This document shows positions 59,124 to 64,000 of a stretch of 64,000 nt of DNA, one piece after another. The DNA is taken from contig DUZG01000003.1 in the NCBI GenBank assembly GCA_013349585.1, forward strand, positions 15,707 to 79,706. The letters run 5' to 3'. This stretch comes from Nitrospinota bacterium. GTDB taxonomy: Bacteria > Nitrospinota > Nitrospinia > Nitrospinales > VA-1. Both the position numbers and the translations under genes were made by a program. The notes under the pieces are model-generated. The model saw only the letters and a list, made by a program, of their open reading frames with translations. It was not told the DNA's origin and searched no databases. How positions within the stretch are numbered: position 1 is the first letter of the stretch; every line of letters begins with the position of its first letter.

Positions 59124-60110
59124 ATGGCTGGAGAAGTAGGTAACTTTCCATTAGATCAGGGAAACACCAGTGCCTTAAGGGGGCTGGAACAATCCCGTGA
59201 AGAGGTAGGGCGACCTCGCCGGCTTGATGACGCGGAAGAAGATTTAAGAAATCCGGGACGTGCTCGCGAACCCGCGGCAGAAGAAGAAAGAGACGTTTCT
59301 CGACCTGCCCGAACAGAAGATCGCGTTGAAATTACTCAGGATGCTTTCGATCAGAACCAGGCGGCTGAACGTAATCGCGCAGAGACCCAAACCGAGGAAG
59401 TTCGGCAGGCAGTCGATCAAGAAGAGGCTGATCAGCAAGAGTCGATTCAAGGGCAGGCAATTGCCGAACGGCGCGTTGCATCTGAAGATTCTCTTCGACG
59501 AAATCGAACAGAACCCACTCCCAACAACACAGGTGATTTAGCGCAGGTTGCAGGTCCTGGAGGTTCTGACCCAGAAGAATCCCTCGACGAAGGTTTTCAA
59601 CTGGGCAATACCCAGACGAACCCCAATCGCACTGAAGAATTTGCCCTGCGGAATCAGATAGATAATCCAGAGGAAGCTGCTGCTACGACGAACAACTTGG
59701 GTTCTAATTCAAGCTCCCGAGATGCAAGCAGAGATACAAATAATGATGTTGCTGATGCGCCAGAGCAGCAAAACATCCAATTAAAGCAAAGAATCGAATC
59801 CGACAATGCTGAAATTAGAGGAGCTGAAGAGGTAGAGGTTCAGGAAAACAATCTTTCTGAAACAGGGGCGAATGTCCCAGAAACGAGAGCCGAGCAAAGA
59901 GCTGAGGTTGCGCAAGAAGCAGCCCGTAATGAACCGCCTTTGGATATCCCTGCAGTAGATGTAGAGCAAATTGAGGAAGTTCGTGAGCCCTTGCTGGAAG
60001 CTCAGGATACTAATCCGTTACGTGCGCCTAGGCCTTCAGAAATTAGGGATGAGCCGGATGCTACGGCTATAGAAACTGAACGTGGACAGAATGTCAGTAG
60101 TTTAATTTAA
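59124..60110 (+). CDS. Acidic, low-complexity hypothetical protein, probable flagellar export substrate
   Basis: 328 aa, RBS ggggga, rich in E/A/R/Q/N/D, with DRVEIT motif and C-terminal ETERGQNVSSLI. Confidence 0.75.
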   Translation: MAGEVGNFPLDQGNTSALRGLEQSREEVGRPRRLDDAEEDLRNPGRAREPAAEEERDVSRPARTEDRVEITQDAFDQNQAAERNRAETQTEEVRQAVDQEEADQQESIQGQAIAERRVASEDSLRRNRTEPTPNNTGDLAQVAGPGGSDPEESLDEGFQLGNTQTNPNRTEEFALRNQIDNPEEAAATTNNLGSNSSSRDASRDTNNDVADAPEQQNIQLKQRIESDNAEIRGAEEVEVQENNLSETGANVPETRAEQRAEVAQEAARNEPPLDIPAVDVEQIEEVREPLLEAQDTNPLRAPRPSEIRDEPDATAIETERGQNVSSLI

Positions 60111-60120
60111 GTAACGAACC

Positions 60121-60382
60121 GCGCCCGCCAGCAGAATGCTGTCTGGGCCTTATTGTACAACTCATCAAGAGGAGACAAGCCAGAACTGGAACACCCCATC
60201 GCTTAGAAGAGGATCTCGATTAATATTGGAATGGTTTGCGGCCTTGACCAATATTAAACGAAGGTTCAGATTCTGATTTAAGGCCCGTCAGGGGCACCTG
60301 TCACATCGGCGTGGTCTGTCGCCTTACGGCGAAAGTACGTCACCGGTGGATAGCACGCACTGGCGAGGCGGGCGTTTTTTTT
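60121..60382 (+). ncRNA. Candidate structured non-coding RNA (~255 nt), family unassigned
   Basis: Nested long-range helices with G-U pairs only on the + strand, and a closing stem followed by a T-run (details in findings). Confidence 0.55.
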
Positions 60383-60483
60383 CCGGTAAATCTGTGGAAC
60401 TCCGATCTTGATGTGTTTATCGACATTTTCGATTAAACACTTTATAGGCGAAACAAGTTATTTTCGCCAGACCGGAAAAAAAC

Positions 60484-62310
60484 GTGCAGGTTCTCAATAA
60501 TACCCCCCCAACATTTTTCCCTTTTAATTCCAGTCGAACGACCAGCAAAAACCATGCTGTCAATGTGGCCAGGGATACCCTGAATCAGGTAGGCAATAAC
60601 TCCCAAAATAAAAGCCAAACCTTATTTGATGCGGTTTTTTTAAATAAAAGGCAGGTTCCTCAGCTAGAGGCCACCGGACCTCTTGCAGCTTTTAGAACGG
60701 CGGATGCGATCGCGCTTCTCAGCCAGCGTTCCCAATCCCAAAAACTTCCCATCATAGAGAACCTGGATAAAAAGCAGTCATTTGCTCTTGCCCGATTGCG
60801 TCAATTGGATGGTCTTACAGGCTCGCTAAAAGAACTGCAGCAAACCGTAGCCGATTTGGAAAATGCCTTGAATCCGAAATCGGCTTCTTCGTCCCGTTTC
60901 AGGGAAGTTCTTGCCGCGGCGGGCAAAAATGCACCGCTGAATAGTTTTGATGTCAGATCTGTAAGGTTATCGCGGACGGCAGAACTGGTTTCAGATGTAA
61001 AAGATCCCTCGCAAAAACTGGGCCTGAGCGGCAGATTTTTTATCAATGGCGTTCCTATTACGGTTGTTTCGACCGACTCGTTGTTCACAATTAAAAATAA
61101 AATCAATTTTGGGGAAGATGTAAACCAAAACGGTACCCTCGATCTTTCGGAAGATGTTGATCGGAATGGAACCCTTGGGATATTACAGGTGGCTAATTCC
61201 GAATTTGGTGAGGGAATTTTTATAAAGGAAGATATAAATGGAAACGGAGAGATCGATCCCACAGAAGACAGCAATTCCAACAAGCGGCTTGATGGAGGGT
61301 CTTTTGAAAACAATGTGCTGGCCCTAATTAGAGACAACCGACTTGTTCTGGTAAGTCTCGCAGGAGGCAGTAATACCATTGATTTAAGGGAAGACGACAG
61401 CGTTCTTTTGGGTCTTGGTTTTTTTGAGATTGTTAATGAAGGATTGTCGGTTCAAAAAGAGATTCAATTAAACGATTTAAAAACTCGTGAAAATCTGATC
61501 GTCCAACCGCAAACCGCAATCGTTGAAGTGGACGGAAAGTTTTTCAGCAGTAATACCGATGTCGTTTTTGGAGTAATTGAAGACACCGCTTTGTTGTTGC
61601 AGCAGGCTTCGGAAAAGTCTGCGAAGATCACTGTTTTTATTGATGCGCCTATCTTTTTTGAACAAATCAAAATTCTGTTCAGCCAGTTCAATAATTCAAT
61701 CGCAAAAATAAATGACCTGCTTGCAATTAGCAATTCTTTTGAGGGGGACGGCGATATTCAGGACATTCGCAATGACCTGACCATCGACCCTCAAAAACAG
61801 GCTCGTGTTTTGCAGGAAAGAAATCGGATTATCGATGACCTCCGCGGCAGACCAGGAAACACGCAAGCAACAGGTATTTCCGTGGGGAATACAGAAAAAA
61901 AGACCCAGCAGGAGGTTGCCGTTACCTCCATTGTTAAAGGAATTAAAAGTGGATTGAGTTTTCCATCTCAAAATGGCGGTGAAAACTTATTAAAAAGATT
62001 GAGTTCGGTTGGAATTCGAACATTGACCGACAACACCTTTGCGATTGATGAAACGGAATTCAAACGTGGACTGGAAAAAAATACGCTCGAAGTGTTTGAT
62101 CTGTTTACAAACTCTGAAACCGGAATCCTTCCTCTACTTACCGAGAGGCTGGAAAATATTGTACTTGAAGGTCGCGGTGATCTGGCAATCAAGCAAACCA
62201 AAGTGATTATTCAATCCGGTACTCCTAATATCCTGGCAGAAAATTTTCGCAAGTTTACCGAGAACTTAAATCTGGGTACGACTGTTCAAACCTTAATCGC
62301 GGTGGCCTGA
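60484..62310 (+). CDS. FliD-like (filament cap/HAP2) protein with EF-hand-like insertion
   Basis: FliD-like segments (SASSS..A...A...FDV....L; A.VEVDG...SS.T; L.SVGI....IDE.EF...L....V..LF..S.TGI); atypical termini. Confidence 0.7.
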   Translation: MQVLNNTPPTFFPFNSSRTTSKNHAVNVARDTLNQVGNNSQNKSQTLFDAVFLNKRQVPQLEATGPLAAFRTADAIALLSQRSQSQKLPIIENLDKKQSFALARLRQLDGLTGSLKELQQTVADLENALNPKSASSSRFREVLAAAGKNAPLNSFDVRSVRLSRTAELVSDVKDPSQKLGLSGRFFINGVPITVVSTDSLFTIKNKINFGEDVNQNGTLDLSEDVDRNGTLGILQVANSEFGEGIFIKEDINGNGEIDPTEDSNSNKRLDGGSFENNVLALIRDNRLVLVSLAGGSNTIDLREDDSVLLGLGFFEIVNEGLSVQKEIQLNDLKTRENLIVQPQTAIVEVDGKFFSSNTDVVFGVIEDTALLLQQASEKSAKITVFIDAPIFFEQIKILFSQFNNSIAKINDLLAISNSFEGDGDIQDIRNDLTIDPQKQARVLQERNRIIDDLRGRPGNTQATGISVGNTEKKTQQEVAVTSIVKGIKSGLSFPSQNGGENLLKRLSSVGIRTLTDNTFAIDETEFKRGLEKNTLEVFDLFTNSETGILPLLTERLENIVLEGRGDLAIKQTKVIIQSGTPNILAENFRKFTENLNLGTTVQTLIAVA

Positions 62311-62312
62311 CT

Positions 62313-62741
62313 ATGAAAGAAGCAAAGATCAAAACAATTCTTGAAAATAAAATAACCCTTTTGGCAAGGCTGACAGAGCAAATGGTGAAACAAGTAAAGG
62401 CCATCGACCAAAATGACGAGTCTTCACTCACTGAAATCCTTGATGAAAAAGAAGCCGTGATTGAGTCATTGGCCAGTGATGACCGGGAGTTAGAAAAAGG
62501 TGTTGCACTTCTGGATGAGAAAATCCGGGTTGCGATTGCGAACAAGTTGAAAGAGCTAGGAATTCAGATCAAGAGTGAGATAGAAAAAATTACAGGAATG
62601 GAAAACGATTGCGAGAAAAAATTGCTCAACGAAAAATTAGAATTACTTGAAAAAATGAAGTCGACGAGAAACGGGCGTACCTTATTAAAAGGATACGGGA
62701 TTTCAGCGAGGATCAGGCCAAAAATATCGGGAAGTATTTAA
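62313..62741 (+). CDS. FlgN/FliT-like flagellar export chaperone
   Basis: 142-aa helical protein (L..L..Q...I...D...L..IL.EK...I..L), ending ..LKGY; 2 bp after the fliD-like gene. Confidence 0.55.
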   Translation: MKEAKIKTILENKITLLARLTEQMVKQVKAIDQNDESSLTEILDEKEAVIESLASDDRELEKGVALLDEKIRVAIANKLKELGIQIKSEIEKITGMENDCEKKLLNEKLELLEKMKSTRNGRTLLKGYGISARIRPKISGSI

Positions 62742-62756
62742 CGGAGAAAGACAATT

Positions 62757-63017
62757 ATGGAATTTTCAATAGTACCGGTAAGCAGGGTTTTTAAAACATA
62801 TCAGGGGCAGGCACGCATTGCCGACTTGAATAAGAAAAGTTCAGTTAAAAGAGCTCAGGGGCAAAAGGACCAAGTTATCATTTCCAGCTCAGCGCGACAG
62901 GCTTTGCAGAAAAACCCCAGGGGGGATGCTCCCGTTCCAACTGCTAACTTAGAAGCGGTTGCAAGTACCAGCAAGTCAGCCCCAGCAGCGAGTGGTGACT
63001 TTGTTCCGGGGATATAA
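62757..63017 (+). CDS. Small FlgM-like protein
   Basis: RBS ggag; VFKTY..Q and KDQVIISSSARQ resemble the FlgM N-terminal D-x-V-x-IS motif; no clear sigma28-binding C-terminal helices. Confidence 0.5.
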   Translation: MEFSIVPVSRVFKTYQGQARIADLNKKSSVKRAQGQKDQVIISSSARQALQKNPRGDAPVPTANLEAVASTSKSAPAASGDFVPGI

Positions 63018-63110
63018 ATTTTCTTTTGATCTTTAGTGCTGGTTTTCGTTTTGATTGTGCCCCGGGTCTGTTAATATTCCCTCCTGATAAAAACTTCTAA
63101 ATTTTATTTT

Positions 63111-64000
63111 ATGATTTGTATCCCCATCGTCGGCGCCTCCATGCCTAAAGCATTGGAGCAAATCACCTCAGCAGAAAAAATAGCTGATATTCTGGAGTTA
63201 CGTCTTGATCTGATCGACTCTCCTGATCTTAAAGTGCTTTTAAATGCGGTTAGTAAACCCGTTATTGTCACCAATCGAAGTAAGTTGGATGGGGGGCAGT
63301 TCAAGGGCAATGATGATGAACGCCTGCAAGCATTGAGTGATGCTTTGGCAGCAGGGGCTGACTATGTAGATATCGAGGTTTCAACGCCACGCGAATTTTT
63401 GCAGCCGTTTTTAGAAGGCCACGAAACTTCGCGAATCATTGTTTCTTACCATGATTTTTCCCATACTCCTGAAGATTTGAATCCGCTTTACGAAACGATG
63501 AGCGCTTTACCAGGTGGAATTATTAAAATTGTCACCTATGCCCGCGACCTCAGCGATAACCTTAAGATGTTCCAGCTTCTTGAGCGTGCAAAAAAAGAAA
63601 ACAAAAAACTAATAGGACTTTGTATGGGCGATCTGGGGGAGATAAGCCGTGTGCTTTCTCCGCTCTACGGAGGTTTGCTCACCTTTGGTAGCCTTGAAAC
63701 AGGGCAAGAAAGCGCACCGGGCCAGATTCCGGCAAATGCCCTGAAAAATATTTATCGCGTTAATGATGAGCGCGAAAACTTTAAGGTATATGGAGTAATT
63801 GGCAATCCGGTTTCTAAAAGCATGGGTTACCTGATTCATAACCGGGCTTTCCATGAAACAGGTTCTCACAATATTTATGTTTCGTTTTTAGTGGAGAATG
63901 TTGAAAAGTTTTTTATCGCCTTCAAAGATTTCTTTTCAGGGCTGAGCGTCACAATGCCTGCAAAGGAGAACATTATGTCGTTATTGGATAAGGTTGATGC
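63111..64000 (+). CDS. aroD-aroE: Type I 3-dehydroquinate dehydratase fused to shikimate dehydrogenase (3'-truncated)
   Basis: MICIPI..ELRLD..T.R..DGG..ADYVDIE..SYHDF..MG..G.ISR..SAPGQI, then YGVIGNPV.KS..HN..GLSVTMP.K; missing from the ORF track because it runs off the window. Confidence 0.92.
   Translation, partial: MICIPIVGASMPKALEQITSAEKIADILELRLDLIDSPDLKVLLNAVSKPVIVTNRSKLDGGQFKGNDDERLQALSDALAAGADYVDIEVSTPREFLQPFLEGHETSRIIVSYHDFSHTPEDLNPLYETMSALPGGIIKIVTYARDLSDNLKMFQLLERAKKENKKLIGLCMGDLGEISRVLSPLYGGLLTFGSLETGQESAPGQIPANALKNIYRVNDERENFKVYGVIGNPVSKSMGYLIHNRAFHETGSHNIYVSFLVENVEKFFIAFKDFFSGLSVTMPAKENIMSLLDKVD

Noticed and set aside
60161-60200. SAM-I or SAM-I/IV riboswitch (CTCATCAAGAG start)
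   Set aside because: The GCAACC and GGTGC core elements and the 3' P1 strand are missing, and the downstream gene is unrelated to sulfur metabolism.
60136-60276. 46-codon ORF inside the structured element
   Set aside because: No RBS and no recognisable protein features; the sequence is better explained by base pairing.
1-64000. CRISPR array, IS/transposase, prophage, reverse transcriptase or rRNA genes
   Set aside because: No regularly spaced repeats or corresponding protein/RNA motifs seen by inspection.

Overview
AT-rich bacterial chromosomal segment. Gene content resembles Nitrospinota (Nitrospina/Nitromaritima-like); this is an inference, not a database result. Intact housekeeping genes: 5'-truncated smc, nadE, elbB, a GlmM-like mutase with a GlmU-like acetyltransferase, tRNA-Leu(TAG)-tig-clpP-clpX-lon, and a 3'-truncated aroD-aroE fusion. 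Also present are a six-gene surface-glycan operon with two radical SAM enzymes, a two-partner secretion pair (TpsB plus a 1814-aa FHA-like TpsA), and two flagellar regions. The main pattern is selective decay. Two diguanylate cyclases, an HDOD gene, a flagellin, a SPOR/TPR gene, a GT39 glycosyltransferase, an RHS fragment and three small genes carry nonsense codons, frameshifts or deletions. flgB and fliE are missing from their usual slots, while fliF-G-H-I-J, flgC, the FleS/FleR-like pair and a receiver-less FleQ-like activator are intact. Three sigma54 promoters (tpsBA, flgC operon, TPR-fleSR) each have a FleQ-type GTCA-N6-TGAC-like box 115-150 bp upstream. The best candidate for an undescribed system is the sigma28-driven unit at 58850-63017. 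It contains an acidic, almost Lys-free 328-aa protein in the slot usually held by flagellin, a ~255-nt highly structured RNA I cannot assign to a family, an atypical FliD with four EF-hand-like loops, a FlgN/FliT-like chaperone and a FlgM-like protein.
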